Assembly: GCA_005116775.1 (NCBI GenBank)
Contig: SWDN01000013.1
Coordinates: 3,337 to 67,336, forward strand
Reading direction: 5' to 3'
Source of the DNA: Nitrospira sp.
GTDB taxonomy: Bacteria > Nitrospirota > Nitrospiria > Nitrospirales > Nitrospiraceae
DNA length: 64,000 bases
The notes under the pieces were generated by a model. It searched no databases, had not been told where the DNA came from, and was given only the letters and a program-made list of their open reading frames with translations. Shown piece after piece: positions 27,263-37,606 of this stretch. Each line of letters opens with the position of its first letter. Position 1 is the stretch's first letter. The position numbers and the translations under genes are program-made.

Positions 27263-27838
27263 GTCGTCGCCCCTCCTTTGCCTCTTTGAAGTTGTAAGTC
27301 TCATGATGGTGACCTCAACAGGTTCCCGTTCTACAGTTCTACTTTGTGAGAGACCGCAATCTGTGAAACGATTCATTCAAGGCTCTGATCTACTAGACTA
27401 TTCTCTGTTCTCATTACGCAGCAAATCTTGTGCTGGATTGCTCATGAGAGCTGATGATTGCAACCACGAGAAAATTCAGCACTATTAGAGGCGTTTAATG
27501 AGGAATCTCGATCGAAGGTGAGGCAACCTTGCTGCACATGTGTGGAGGCGGCTATAGGGCAATAGACCTAATTGACACAGAGACTATCGGAGCAGATTGC
27601 GTAAAGCCGGAACCGTATCGATTAGAAATGAGGAAATTCGTGACAGAGTATTTCTTTATCATGGTGCAGCAAGTGGTTGAGGGTCGTGCCGGGTGCGTAT
27701 TGCGTTAGTAAGAACGCGTGCATCGGAATAGAGCTCACTCGACTTTTCGAGAAGCGGCTTGAGTAGAGATCAAGAAATCCATCATTGTGGTCGTTGTCTT
27801 GTTGAAAACCCGGCTCGGCACTTCTAGAATGGGCTCCC

Positions 27839-28708
27839 ATGTCATACTTTCAGTCAGGTGAGCGGATACATCTAGTCGACAAAAAAGGGCGGCAGTATGC
27901 CCTGACCTTGAAAGCCGGTGATCTTTACCAGCTCAGCGGGCATAAAATTGCCCATGACGATCTCATCGGAAAGCCTGATGGTTCGCTGGCCTCACTCTCC
28001 GGAAATAAGACGATGTTGGCGTTGAGGCCCACGTTCGGCGACTATGTGCTGAAGATGCCGCGTGGCGCACAAGTGCTGTACCCGAAGGACCTTGCGCTCA
28101 TTCCGATGTGGGCGGATGTGTATCCTGGCGCGCGGGTGTTCGAAGCGGGAACCGGCTCTGGGGCATTGACGATGGCCCTCTTACGCGCGGTGGGCCCACG
28201 CGGTTTGGTGGTGACCTATGAAGCTCGTGAAGATTTCTCGCAGACGGCGATGACGAACATTGAACGGTATATGGGTCCGGTGTCGAATCTTATCCCGCTT
28301 CGTCGAAATGTGTACGAGGGGATTAGTCTGCTCGACGATGGCTTGCCATTCGATCGTCTCGTCCTCGACCTTCCTGAGCCCTGGCAGGTCGTGCCTCATG
28401 CTGCACAGGTCCTTCGTTCAGGCGGCATGTATTTGAGTTTTGTTCCCACTGTCCCACAAGTTGTGCAGACGGTTGAGGCTCTTGAGCGGGCTACGGTTTT
28501 TGGCATGGTGGAAACATTTGAAACGCTGTTGAGGACCTGGTCGATTCAAGGGCGGAGTATACGGCCAGATCACCGAATGGTTGCGCATTCCGGTTTCATT
28601 ACGGTGGCGAGGAAAATCGAACCTGGTTTGTGGTCAGGGGCTCATGTTCTTCAGTCAGCCGATGAAGCGGCTGACATTCACGAAGAACGAGAGGATTTCA
28701 CACGATGA
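27839..28708 (+). CDS. trmI: tRNA (adenine58-N1)-methyltransferase TrmI/GCD14 family
   Basis: 'PRGAQVLYPKD' and the SAM motif 'VFEAGTGSGALT', with the 'LDLPEPW' motif. Confidence 0.8.
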   Translation: MSYFQSGERIHLVDKKGRQYALTLKAGDLYQLSGHKIAHDDLIGKPDGSLASLSGNKTMLALRPTFGDYVLKMPRGAQVLYPKDLALIPMWADVYPGARVFEAGTGSGALTMALLRAVGPRGLVVTYEAREDFSQTAMTNIERYMGPVSNLIPLRRNVYEGISLLDDGLPFDRLVLDLPEPWQVVPHAAQVLRSGGMYLSFVPTVPQVVQTVEALERATVFGMVETFETLLRTWSIQGRSIRPDHRMVAHSGFITVARKIEPGLWSGAHVLQSADEAADIHEEREDFTR

Positions 28709-29460
28709 ATCGTTTGAGTGGAAAGGTTGCAGTTATAACGGGCGGCAATGCTGGTATCGGTGAAGCGATCGCGATGGCTTTTGCGCGGGAAGGGGCCTCG
28801 GTTGTAATTACGGGGAGACGGCAAGGAGAGTTGGACCGGGTCGCGAGCGAGATTATCAAGGATCAGGGCAAGGCCTATGCGGTTGCCGGATCGGTGACAG
28901 ATGAATCCCATGTCCAAGAGGTGACTCGTCGGACTATGCAGCAGTTCGGACGGCTTGATATCCTCGTCAATAATGCCGGAATAGGGGACTTTGGGAAACG
29001 CCTGCATGAGATTGACGATGCGACGTGGGCGCAGGTTCTTGACGTCAACCTGACCGGAGTCTTTCGTATGACGAGAGCAGTTTTGCCTCAGATGCTCAAG
29101 CAGGGGAAGGGAGCGATCGTCAATATCTCCTCTATTGCAAGCTTAGTCGGACTTCCCACGTTGTCGGCCTATGCCGCCTCCAAGGGAGCGCTTGATGCTC
29201 TGACGAGAGCATTGGCAGTCGACTATGCCAAAGAGGGCATTCGCTGCAACGTCGTGAATCCCGGCCTCATCGACACGCCAATGGCCGCTCCACTGATGAG
29301 CAATGCGGAACAACTAGGCGCCATTTTGTCTCATTATCCTATCCGTCGAGCCGGGAAACCAGGAGAGGTGGCGAACCTTGTTCTCTATCTGGTCTCTGAT
29401 GAGGCAGCGTGGGTCACAGGTGGAACCTTTCCCATCGATGGAGGGATGACCGTTTCGTGA
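28705..29460 (+). CDS. SDR-family oxidoreductase
   Basis: 'ITGGNAGIGEA' (TGxxxGxG), 'NNAG' and 'YAASKGA' (YxxxK). ATGA overlap with trmI. Confidence 0.85.
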   Translation: MNRLSGKVAVITGGNAGIGEAIAMAFAREGASVVITGRRQGELDRVASEIIKDQGKAYAVAGSVTDESHVQEVTRRTMQQFGRLDILVNNAGIGDFGKRLHEIDDATWAQVLDVNLTGVFRMTRAVLPQMLKQGKGAIVNISSIASLVGLPTLSAYAASKGALDALTRALAVDYAKEGIRCNVVNPGLIDTPMAAPLMSNAEQLGAILSHYPIRRAGKPGEVANLVLYLVSDEAAWVTGGTFPIDGGMTVS

Positions 29461-29558
29461 AAAGACATTCAATGAAAAGAGGGTAGGTCACCCCCCCTGG
29501 CATTGGATGCCCGGCAGTCGGCTAGAAGACGAAACAGAAATGATGGCGGCTCGAATCT

Positions 29559-30413
29559 ATGGACATCAACGCACATACTCAATTCTGTGGTGTAATCGGC
29601 AACCCAGTCGAACACTCACTCTCCCCTGCTATTCATAATGCTGCATTTCAAAAACTTGGGCTGAACTTTGTCTACCTGGCCTTCCGCGTAGAAGCGATCG
29701 GTGATGCGATCAAGGGTCTTCGTGCTCTTGGCAACTTTCGCGGCGCCAGTGTGACCATTCCACACAAGGTGGCAGCTGTTCCATTTCTTGATGCTATTGA
29801 GCCGACCGCGCGGCATATCGGTGCGATCAACACCATTGTGGCTGTTGGAGAGACTCTGACGGGGTACAACACCGATGCGATCGGCGCTCTACGCGCGCTT
29901 CGTGAGGGCGGTGTGGCTTTGAAAGGGCAGCACGTGGTGATATTGGGATCTGGAGGCGCGGCTCGCGCGATAGCCTTCTCGCTTGGGGCAGAGGCTGGAA
30001 TTGGTCGCTTGACCATACTAGGAATCGATAGCCAAGAACGCACAACATTGGCCCAAGATCTCCAATCTAAGACAGGAATGGCCGTGCGGGAATCGCCGCT
30101 CGATGAAGGAACGTTACGAGAGATTCTACCGGATACTCATGTGCTGATCCATTGCACACCGATGGGAATGTCGCCGAACGTGCACAAGACGTCTGTGCCT
30201 GCGGCGTTGCTTCATGCGGGATTGACGGTCATGGATATCGTCTACAATCCTCGATCCACTCAGCTATTGAAGGATGCAAATGCGGTAGGCTGTCGTGTAA
30301 TTCCAGGCCTTGAGATGTTTCTTCATCAAGCCTCGGCGCAGTTCGAACTCTGGACCAATCAGGCTGCTCCAACCGACGTCATGCGCGCAGTCCTGGAATC
30401 GCGCCTCCCATGA
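29559..30413 (+). CDS. aroE: Shikimate dehydrogenase
   Basis: 'GVIGNPVEHSLSPAIHNAAF', 'SVTIPHK', 'NTD' and 'GSGGAARA'. Confidence 0.9.
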   Translation: MDINAHTQFCGVIGNPVEHSLSPAIHNAAFQKLGLNFVYLAFRVEAIGDAIKGLRALGNFRGASVTIPHKVAAVPFLDAIEPTARHIGAINTIVAVGETLTGYNTDAIGALRALREGGVALKGQHVVILGSGGAARAIAFSLGAEAGIGRLTILGIDSQERTTLAQDLQSKTGMAVRESPLDEGTLREILPDTHVLIHCTPMGMSPNVHKTSVPAALLHAGLTVMDIVYNPRSTQLLKDANAVGCRVIPGLEMFLHQASAQFELWTNQAAPTDVMRAVLESRLP

Positions 30414-30910
30414 ATATCGTGCTGATCGGCTATCGAGGGACCGGCAAGAGCGTAGTGGGTAGGCTCCTTGCGGCGCGATTGGGACGAGCGCTTGTGTCAA
30501 CCGATGCAGAGATCGTCAAGCGTGCTCACCGTTCGATTCCGGAGATCGTTGCCCAGGAGGGATGGGAATATTTTCGCGATTTGGAGTCTGATATCTGCCG
30601 GGAACTCGCCGGCCATGACCATCTTGTGATCGATACCGGCGGTGGAGCGATACTTCGCGCGCAGAACGTCGAGGCCTTAAAGAAGAATGGCATCCTGATT
30701 TGGCTGGAGGCCTCTGTCGGGACGATTACGAAACGAATCGGCAGGGACAATCAGCGCCCCTCGTTGACAGGAACCAAGTCGTTCGTCGATGAAATTCAGG
30801 ACGTGTTGCGAGAGAGAACGCCAAAATATCAAGCGGCTGCCGATCATGTCGTTACAACAGATAATCAATCCGTTAATCAGGTGGTTGATACCGTATTCAC
30901 GCTGGTCTGA
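30410..30910 (+). CDS. aroK: Shikimate kinase
   Basis: P-loop 'IGYRGTGKS' and 'IDTGGGA'. ATGA overlap with aroE. Confidence 0.85.
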   Translation: MNIVLIGYRGTGKSVVGRLLAARLGRALVSTDAEIVKRAHRSIPEIVAQEGWEYFRDLESDICRELAGHDHLVIDTGGGAILRAQNVEALKKNGILIWLEASVGTITKRIGRDNQRPSLTGTKSFVDEIQDVLRERTPKYQAAADHVVTTDNQSVNQVVDTVFTLV

Positions 30911-31057
30911 GCGTGTTCGATATGTCTCTGCCATGTCAAGGTAAAGCTGTGCCATTGTTTCGTCCTTGACAAGGTCTTCATCGAAGTGTTTGAAATAGCT
31001 GACGTGCTATATTTCATCTACAAGGCGAAATATTATTCAAAAAATTGGAGAATAATC

Positions 31058-31666
31058 ATGATCGGACGTCCAATGAAAACAGGTGTTGTGGTAGCGATGG
31101 GACTCGCTTTGCTGGTGGGGCAGGGTTGTAGCATGAAATGGCTGCAGTCCGATGGAGAGACTGGGTCTGCGCAAAATGGAAGCACAGGGAAAGGACTAAG
31201 CGGGTTCTCTAAGAATCCATCGGAAGAGCGTCTGGGGAAGAGCGGCGATATTGTATCGCTTTCCCCCTCTGGTATAAGCGCCCGTCAGCGTGCGGAAATA
31301 ACCAAAGAGGAGAAGGCGGCTATCGAAGCTGGTCTTCAGGACGTGTTTTTTGGGTATGATCAGTGGGCCCTTTCAGATGCTGGAATGGACGCATTAAACC
31401 TCGACGCGCAGTGGCTGAAGGATCACCCTGGAGCGGTAATGAAGGTCGAGGGGCATTGCGACGAACGGGGCACGGCCGATTACAATATCGTGCTAGGGGA
31501 TAAAAGGGCCAAGACTGCGCGCAATTATCTGATCGAGTCGGGTGTCGCTCCCAAGCAGGTGGCGATTGTGTCGTACGGTAAAGCGCGCCCTTTCTGCACG
31601 GATCCTTCTGAGCCTTGCTACCAGCAGAACCGTCGCGGGCATGTTTTGTTGAATATGAAGAAGTAA
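31058..31666 (+). CDS. pal: Peptidoglycan-associated lipoprotein (OmpA-C domain)
   Basis: Lipobox 'LLVGQGC'. OmpA-like 'VFFGYDQWALS...VEGHCDERGTADYNIVLGDKRA'. ATG 31058 is preceded by GGAG. Confidence 0.85.
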   Translation: MIGRPMKTGVVVAMGLALLVGQGCSMKWLQSDGETGSAQNGSTGKGLSGFSKNPSEERLGKSGDIVSLSPSGISARQRAEITKEEKAAIEAGLQDVFFGYDQWALSDAGMDALNLDAQWLKDHPGAVMKVEGHCDERGTADYNIVLGDKRAKTARNYLIESGVAPKQVAIVSYGKARPFCTDPSEPCYQQNRRGHVLLNMKK

Positions 31667-31689
31667 CAGAGCGATTCACGGTTTCCAGG

Positions 31690-31738
31690 GAACCCCGGGT
31701 GACTCTTCATGCGAGCCCGGGGTTCATTGTTTAGATTT
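31690..31738 (+). terminator. Rho-independent terminator candidate after pal
   Basis: 10-bp perfect stem GAACCCCGGG (31690-31699) / CCCGGGGTTC (31716-31725) with a 16-nt loop, followed by a T-rich tail 'attgtttagattt'. Confidence 0.55.
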
Positions 31739-31752
31739 GGGGTGAGGTAAGT

Positions 31753-32148
31753 ATGGCTCTTGTGAAAAGTAAGCGGGATTCAAATAAGGAGCATTCGCAG
31801 GCTCGCGTGGCCAGAGAGGAGTCTCCGATAGAAAAGCGTCAGCAGCCACGCTTCACTTCACAGTTCAGAAGCACCATCTCTGGCGGCCAACAAGAAGGCC
31901 AAGGGCGGACACGAGACCTCTCTGCCGGCGGTTGTATGATCGAAACAGACTTTCCAGTGGTCACAGGGGCTTCGTATGAGTGCCGCATCTATGTCCCAGG
32001 GCTTGACTGGCCTCTGCGGATTGACAAGGCCGAAGTGCGATGGGTTAAGGCCAATACGTTTGGGATCCAGTTCGTAAAAATTCAGCCCCAAGAAGAAGCT
32101 AAACTTAAGCAGGTTCTTGCCGCTCTCAACGAAGAGCTTATGACGTAG
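31753..32148 (+). CDS. PilZ-domain protein (putative c-di-GMP receptor)
   Basis: 'RQQPR' (RxxxR) followed by 'DLSAGG' (DxSxxG). Confidence 0.7.
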   Translation: MALVKSKRDSNKEHSQARVAREESPIEKRQQPRFTSQFRSTISGGQQEGQGRTRDLSAGGCMIETDFPVVTGASYECRIYVPGLDWPLRIDKAEVRWVKANTFGIQFVKIQPQEEAKLKQVLAALNEELMT

Positions 32149-32321
32149 CCCGCTCTTTTCCTCTTCTTTCTTGAAATTCATGGTCAGGTGGTTTTGGCAT
32201 TCCCCTACCATACAGGTATGGGGAGGCTCATGTTCGTTCATAGAGCTGTTCGCGGCGTCACGGCGCCTATGATATAAGACAGTTTACGACGCTACCTCAG
32301 GTCAAATAGTCAGGGAGTTGC

Positions 32322-32888
32322 ATGATGGGATACATTGTATCTTCAACGCACACCGGATATGGCAGTGCAACTCTAGCCGGTGGGTGCTTTTGGTGTCTCG
32401 AAGCAGTCTATGACCAGTTAACAGGTGTGGTAGCAGTCGAATCCGGCTACATAGGCGGTCAAGTCGATCATCCGACGTATGAAGCTGTCTGTGGCGGCAG
32501 GACTGGTCACGCAGAAGCGGTCCGTATCACCTTCGATCCTGCCGTTGTCAGCTATCGCGAGTTGCTCGAAGTGTTATTTGTTATCCACGATCCTACAACC
32601 CTCAATCGGCAAGGGCACGATGTCGGGACTCAATACCGTTCCGCAATTTTCTACCATACGCCTGAGCAGAAGCAGATTGCTGAAGAGGTCATTGCAGCCG
32701 TCACAAAAGAGAAGCTCTATGCCGATCCGATCGTGACGGAAATCACCCCTGCCGGGGTCTGGTATGAGGCCGAACCCTATCACCAGGAATATTTTGCGCG
32801 GAATCCTTTTCAGGGCTACTGCACAGCCGTCGTTGGGCCGAAAGTAGTCAAGTTCCGCAAGCAGTTCGCTTCGAAGTTGAAGCCCTAA
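32322..32888 (+). CDS. msrA: Peptide-methionine (S)-S-oxide reductase
   Basis: '[12 protein letters not shown]' active site and '[12 protein letters not shown]'. Confidence 0.9.
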   Translation: MMGYIVSSTHTGYGSATLAGGCFWCLEAVYDQLTGVVAVESGYIGGQVDHPTYEAVCGGRTGHAEAVRITFDPAVVSYRELLEVLFVIHDPTTLNRQGHDVGTQYRSAIFYHTPEQKQIAEEVIAAVTKEKLYADPIVTEITPAGVWYEAEPYHQEYFARNPFQGYCTAVVGPKVVKFRKQFASKLKP

Positions 32889-32938
32889 CCAACATTGCGT
32901 TTCCCGACGCGCCCCGAACATCGTAGCAATAGGGATGT

Positions 32939-33628
32939 TTATCCCTCGATGGGGAGAGCTGTGAAATCGTGATGTATGGGATGTCGGGTGCCTCCGTTGG
33001 TGCCAGGCCGCACGATGTGAGCTGTCCTGAACCCTGTCGCCGCCGCGGCGTCTAGTTCACGTTCCGTATCCGACAGAAAAAGAATGTGATGGGGCGGCAA
33101 ACCAATCTGCTCGCTAATCGTGCTGTAACTGGATGCTGCCTTCTTCTCGCCGACACTGGTATCGAAAAAGTGTTCGAACAGCGCTGTCACATCTCCGACG
33201 TTGGTATATGTGAACAGGAGCTGTTGCGCCTGTTTCGAGCCTGATGAGTAAATTCCGAGGCGGATGCCGCAATCCCGCCATTGTGTTAAAGCCGGCAAGA
33301 CATCGCCGTACAGTTCCGGTGAGAACGCCCGCTGTCGATAGCCCTCATCCCACATCATTCCTTGTAATGCCTTGAGGCAGGGCAGCTTTCGGTCCTGATC
33401 GATCCAACCTGCAAGCATACCCGGCAACTGCTCGTACGCAGGTCGATTGCCTGTTTCACGCTCGAGGGTGTCCTGGCATTCCGTGGTCCAGCGGAGCACA
33501 TTGGGATCGTGTCGCCGTTCACGGAGGAAAGGCGAGAGGTGCTGTTTGGCAAATGGGAAGAGGATATCGCGGACAAAGGCCACTGAAATGAGCGTGCCTT
33601 CGATATCCATGAGAATGTATCGGGCCAT
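32939..33628 (-). CDS. mtnC: Enolase-phosphatase E1 (acireductone synthase)
   Basis: HAD motif 'ILMDIEGTL', 'YSSGS', and operon context with mtnB/mtnD. Confidence 0.8.
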   Translation of the reverse strand: MARYILMDIEGTLISVAFVRDILFPFAKQHLSPFLRERRHDPNVLRWTTECQDTLERETGNRPAYEQLPGMLAGWIDQDRKLPCLKALQGMMWDEGYRQRAFSPELYGDVLPALTQWRDCGIRLGIYSSGSKQAQQLLFTYTNVGDVTALFEHFFDTSVGEKKAASSYSTISEQIGLPPHHILFLSDTERELDAAAATGFRTAHIVRPGTNGGTRHPIHHDFTALPIEG

Positions 33629-33634
33629 GGATGA

Positions 33635-34162
33635 CTACCAGCGGTACCGCTGATCGATTCCTGAGCTTGTGTAGTGCGGGACCCAGCCGGTTTGATCGGT
33701 GAAGAGACGAATTGCGCGCACCTTTGGCGGGTTCCCTAAGTCGAACCAGTGTTTCGTGTCGGCTGGGACAGAAATGAGGTCCCCTTGCTCGCACAACAAC
33801 GCGAAGACTTCATCCTCGCGGTCTTCCTTGTGAAACCAAAAATAGCCTTGGCCTTCAACGAAGACGCGCACTTCGTCTTCGCTGTGCGTGTGCTCTCGGA
33901 TAAATTTTTCACGAATTCCTTCCAGGTTCGTCGTGTGTTCATCCACACTGATCACATCCGCCGTCTGATACCCGCCTTTTTCCATGAGAGGCTTGAGCAG
34001 ATGATCGTAGGCCTCGAGAACCTGCTCATTCGTCGCCGCGGAAGGTAGGCCGTGGCCCGCAGACCATCGTTCATAGAGGATGCCCCGCGCGTCAAGAAAC
34101 TGCTGGATGGCAGATGGGTCGCGTAGAGTCACGTTCTTGTCAGGAATTCGCAGGGTGGCCAT
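33635..34162 (-). CDS. mtnD: Acireductone dioxygenase (cupin)
   Basis: 'FIREHTHSEDEVRVFVEGQGYFWFH' cupin metal motif and 'ISVPADTKHWF'. Confidence 0.85.
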   Translation of the reverse strand: MATLRIPDKNVTLRDPSAIQQFLDARGILYERWSAGHGLPSAATNEQVLEAYDHLLKPLMEKGGYQTADVISVDEHTTNLEGIREKFIREHTHSEDEVRVFVEGQGYFWFHKEDREDEVFALLCEQGDLISVPADTKHWFDLGNPPKVRAIRLFTDQTGWVPHYTSSGIDQRYRW

Positions 34163-34790
34163 GTCGTGTCACCTCCCGTTGGCATTGGAGCAGATATTCT
34201 AAGACTTCCAGATGTCGTTTGGCCTCGGACAGATCCTTGCCCCAGACATAGAGGCCATGGCCTGCCAGCAAGAACCCGTAGCAGGCTCGTTCTTTCGAAA
34301 GGGATTGTTCGACATGCGACGATAATGCCTGCATATCCTGTGAGTTTGGAAAGACCGGCAAGGAGATTTCTGCTTCGTGAGTATCGATGCCACGCAATCC
34401 TTTCAGCAATTCCCATCCAGTGAGCCGTACCTGTCCTTCATCGCGGGCGAGCTGCGAGAGCAATGCTGCTGAGAGTGAGTGCGTGTGAAGCACGGCTCCG
34501 GCTCCCATCGCGCGATAGAGAAGCAAATGGAGAGGGGTTTCAGCTGAAGGTTGCACTCCCTCAGCATCGATGGGCTTGCCCTGCTGATCGATGGCGAGGA
34601 TGTGCTCAACCTCAATCGAGCCTTTGTCCACGCCGGAACTCGTAATTGCGCAATAGGCGGGGGCGGCGTTGTCCGGTAACCGCACACTATAATTTGTGCT
34701 CGTGGCAGGAGCCCAGCCCATTGCAGACGACCACCTGGCGGTTTGGACCAATTGCTCAGCAATTCTCTTGAAGTCAGGATCGTGTGTCAC
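34140..34790 (-). CDS. mtnB: Methylthioribulose-1-phosphate dehydratase (class II aldolase fold)
   Basis: 'GWAPATSTNYSVR', 'VLHTHS' and 'GHGLYVWG'. The 3' end overlaps the mtnD start. Confidence 0.85.
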   Translation of the reverse strand: MTHDPDFKRIAEQLVQTARWSSAMGWAPATSTNYSVRLPDNAAPAYCAITSSGVDKGSIEVEHILAIDQQGKPIDAEGVQPSAETPLHLLLYRAMGAGAVLHTHSLSAALLSQLARDEGQVRLTGWELLKGLRGIDTHEAEISLPVFPNSQDMQALSSHVEQSLSKERACYGFLLAGHGLYVWGKDLSEAKRHLEVLEYLLQCQREVTRHGHPANS

Positions 34791-34946
34791 GGGTTACAGC
34801 CTACAGGCCTAGGTGTGACGTGTTGTATCACGAATGATGGAGTTCAACGCAATGGCGACTCCGCCAGAGTTGCAGGATGAGGGAGCCGATAGCCGTCGTC
34901 TATCAGATGCCGTTGATCACATCACGGTTCTGGAAAGCCGTGATGT

Positions 34947-35819
34947 TTATGAGCCTGAAGCAGGGTCGTGATCTAACCAGGCGTCTTCTTGCCCCTCTGC
35001 CTGGTCGGAGACGTGCAGACCTGCGAAGTCGAATAGCCGTTGGTCCAGGAGTAGCGGTGGCGCCACGTTCGACAGAGCGGCGAACATACTGTCTGTACAG
35101 CCAGGCGACCGTCGTTCCCATTCGCGCAAAAACTCTTTGATGTGTTTTCGCTTGAGATTTTCTTGTGAGCCACAGAGATCGCAGGGAATAATGGGAAACG
35201 CGCGGAGTTCCGCATACCGGGCGAGATCGCCCTCCCGTACGGCAGCCAGCGGGCGAATGACGATATGTCGGCCATCTTTCGAGCGTAATTTGGGCGGCAT
35301 GGTCTTGAGCTTGCCGGTATAAAACAAGTTCAAGAACAGCGTTTCAATAATGTCATCCCGATGATGGCCCAACGCGATCTTGGTCGCGCCCAATTCCGTG
35401 GCGACGCGGTAGAGGTGGCCGCGACGGAGCCGAGAGCAGAGCGAACATGTGGTCTGCCCTTCAGGGATGAGCCGTTTGACGATCGAGTAGGTGTCTCGTT
35501 CCTCGATATGGAATGGCACGCCTATCTGTGAGAGATAGTCGGGAAGGACATGAGCAGGAAACCCCGGTTGTTTTTGATCCAAGTTGACCGCGACAAGGTC
35601 GAAGTGAATCGGCGCACGCCGTTGCAAGACGAGTAATACGTCGAGCAGCGCATAGCTGTCCTTTCCCCCTGATAGGCACACCATGATTTTGTCGCCATTG
35701 CTGATGAGACCATATTCACCAATGGTCTCCCCAACGAGGCGAAGCAGTTTGGTTTGTAACTGTTCCGTGGTCTCATCGAGTTTCAGATATGGGCGTGAGG
35801 GGCTTGCCGAATGCGACAT
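34947..35819 (-). CDS. ttcA: tRNA 2-thiocytidine(32) synthetase TtcA (PP-loop ATPase)
   Basis: PP-loop 'VCLSGGKDS', '[10 protein letters not shown]' and 'CDLCGSQ' Cys clusters. Confidence 0.85.
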   Translation of the reverse strand: MSHSASPSRPYLKLDETTEQLQTKLLRLVGETIGEYGLISNGDKIMVCLSGGKDSYALLDVLLVLQRRAPIHFDLVAVNLDQKQPGFPAHVLPDYLSQIGVPFHIEERDTYSIVKRLIPEGQTTCSLCSRLRRGHLYRVATELGATKIALGHHRDDIIETLFLNLFYTGKLKTMPPKLRSKDGRHIVIRPLAAVREGDLARYAELRAFPIIPCDLCGSQENLKRKHIKEFLREWERRSPGCTDSMFAALSNVAPPLLLDQRLFDFAGLHVSDQAEGQEDAWLDHDPASGS

Positions 35820-35875
35820 GGGTTGGCATTCTACGCGTGTCGGTGTATGGCTGTCGATCTTCAGTCGAGGGGTGT

Positions 35876-36370
35876 ATGGGGAAAGAGGAGAGCCTGTCGA
35901 GCGAGAGGCTGCAGTCAGTCCTGTTTGTGTGCACAGGGAACATTTTTCGTAGTGTGACTGCCGAGTATGCGCTCAAGACGGGGCTCGGCGTTGGCACACC
36001 CTGCATCGTCAGTTCGGCTGGGATTGAAGCCAAGCCGCAGCCGGTCCATGATTGGGTTCAGATTCGTTTGCGTGAGAAGGGTATCGATCCAAGCCATCAC
36101 GTCCAACGGCAACTCACCATGGAGATGATCGAGTCTGCCGATCTCGTTGTGGCGATGGGGCGAAACCATCAGATCTTTATCCGTGAACAGTTTGGACGCA
36201 ACGTTCCCCTCTTTAATCACATCTGTCTCGGTCTCGATACACCAATTCTGGATCTGCACGAAGCGATACCGGATTGGGAGACCAACTTTGAACGAGCCCG
36301 CACCTATGTGTTCTCAGTGATCGATACCATCTGGGCTGCGGCGCCAACCATTCTTTCTCGCATCCGGTAG
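35876..36370 (+). CDS. Low-molecular-weight protein-tyrosine phosphatase / ArsC-like
   Basis: P-loop '[12 protein letters not shown]' (CX5R-S). The start is set at ATG 35876, with GAGGGG upstream. Confidence 0.8.
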   Translation: MGKEESLSSERLQSVLFVCTGNIFRSVTAEYALKTGLGVGTPCIVSSAGIEAKPQPVHDWVQIRLREKGIDPSHHVQRQLTMEMIESADLVVAMGRNHQIFIREQFGRNVPLFNHICLGLDTPILDLHEAIPDWETNFERARTYVFSVIDTIWAAAPTILSRIR

Positions 36371-36544
36371 CCTGTTTGTGCGGCATCTAGTGCCTCTATC
36401 AGTTCATTCTTGAACCGATCGGACATTTTTCCCCCATTGACAGGCGCGATTGACGAAATGGCCTCGTCAATCGGGCCAATATCGAAGCACCTGCTATATT
36501 TTCAGAGTAGCTCTTGTGGGTTAACTGGGCAGAATGGGGCATTG

Positions 36545-37606
36545 ATGCGACGAGCACGGACACAGGACATAACGGCATCTGACAGCCATGATCCAGAACC
36601 GGAATGGGTGTCGTGGTCCAACGAGAAACTTTTGGACCTTCCCATGAGCCAACTCGGAGTCACGCTCGAAGGAGGATTCCTGTCGAGACAGATCGAGCAG
36701 CTCTATACCGAACTGGAAATCAGACAGCTCATATTCCGTCCCCATTGTTGGTTGTCCAACGAATGGTTCACCCCGGACGGTGTGCCGGGGATCGCCGTGC
36801 CGTTTTATCTGGCCCATCCACGACTCGCCAAACTTGAAATGGACCAGATGCTCGAAGTCGAGGGTGGGACTCCGGAATGGTGCATGCGTATTTTACGGCA
36901 CGAAGCCGGCCACGCGATAGAAAATGCCTATCGCCTCCGTCGCCTCCGCCGCCGCCAGCAAGTCTTTGGCCGCTCGTCCGATCCCTATCCGAAATACTAC
37001 AGTCCCAGGCCCTACAGTCGGAGCTTCGTGCGGCACCTCGATGTGTGGTACGCGCAAAGCCACCCGGATGAAGACTTTGCGGAGACCTTTGCGGTCTGGC
37101 TGACACCAGATTCGACATGGGCCGACCGATACAAGGGATGGCCAGTGCTGAAGAAACTGCAATACGTCAATGGGTTGATGGGAGAGCTGGCGGCTGTTCC
37201 ACCTAAGGTGGTGACACAAGAAGAAATCGATCCGCTGTCCGACCTGAAGAAGACCCTGCGTGAGCACTATGAGCGAAAGCGCAGGCACTATGGAGTGGAA
37301 CGACCGTCAATGTACGATCCGGACTTGAAGCGGCTGTTTTCCGATGCCCCTGCCCATGCCGACAAAATGAGCGCCGCCGCGTTCTTGAACCGGTTCAGAA
37401 AAGAAGTGCGCCGCAAGGTCGCAGCCTGGACCGGCGAATATCAATACACGATCGATCAGGTGCTGGAGGATATGATTCAGCGCTGTCGTCAGCTCCACCT
37501 GCGACTGCCCCTCGCGGAGGAACAGGCGAAGTTGGACTTCACGATTTTGTTGACCGTCCACACAATGAACTATCTGCGTAGCGGGCGGCACAAGGTGGCG
37601 GTATGA
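36545..37606 (+). CDS. Putative zinc metallopeptidase (HExxH; Peptidase_Mx-like)
   Basis: 'LRHEAGHAIENAY' plus the downstream 'HPDEDFAETFAVWL'. The start is uncertain (TTG 36410, ATG 36458 or ATG 36545). Confidence 0.65.
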   Translation: MRRARTQDITASDSHDPEPEWVSWSNEKLLDLPMSQLGVTLEGGFLSRQIEQLYTELEIRQLIFRPHCWLSNEWFTPDGVPGIAVPFYLAHPRLAKLEMDQMLEVEGGTPEWCMRILRHEAGHAIENAYRLRRLRRRQQVFGRSSDPYPKYYSPRPYSRSFVRHLDVWYAQSHPDEDFAETFAVWLTPDSTWADRYKGWPVLKKLQYVNGLMGELAAVPPKVVTQEEIDPLSDLKKTLREHYERKRRHYGVERPSMYDPDLKRLFSDAPAHADKMSAAAFLNRFRKEVRRKVAAWTGEYQYTIDQVLEDMIQRCRQLHLRLPLAEEQAKLDFTILLTVHTMNYLRSGRHKVAV

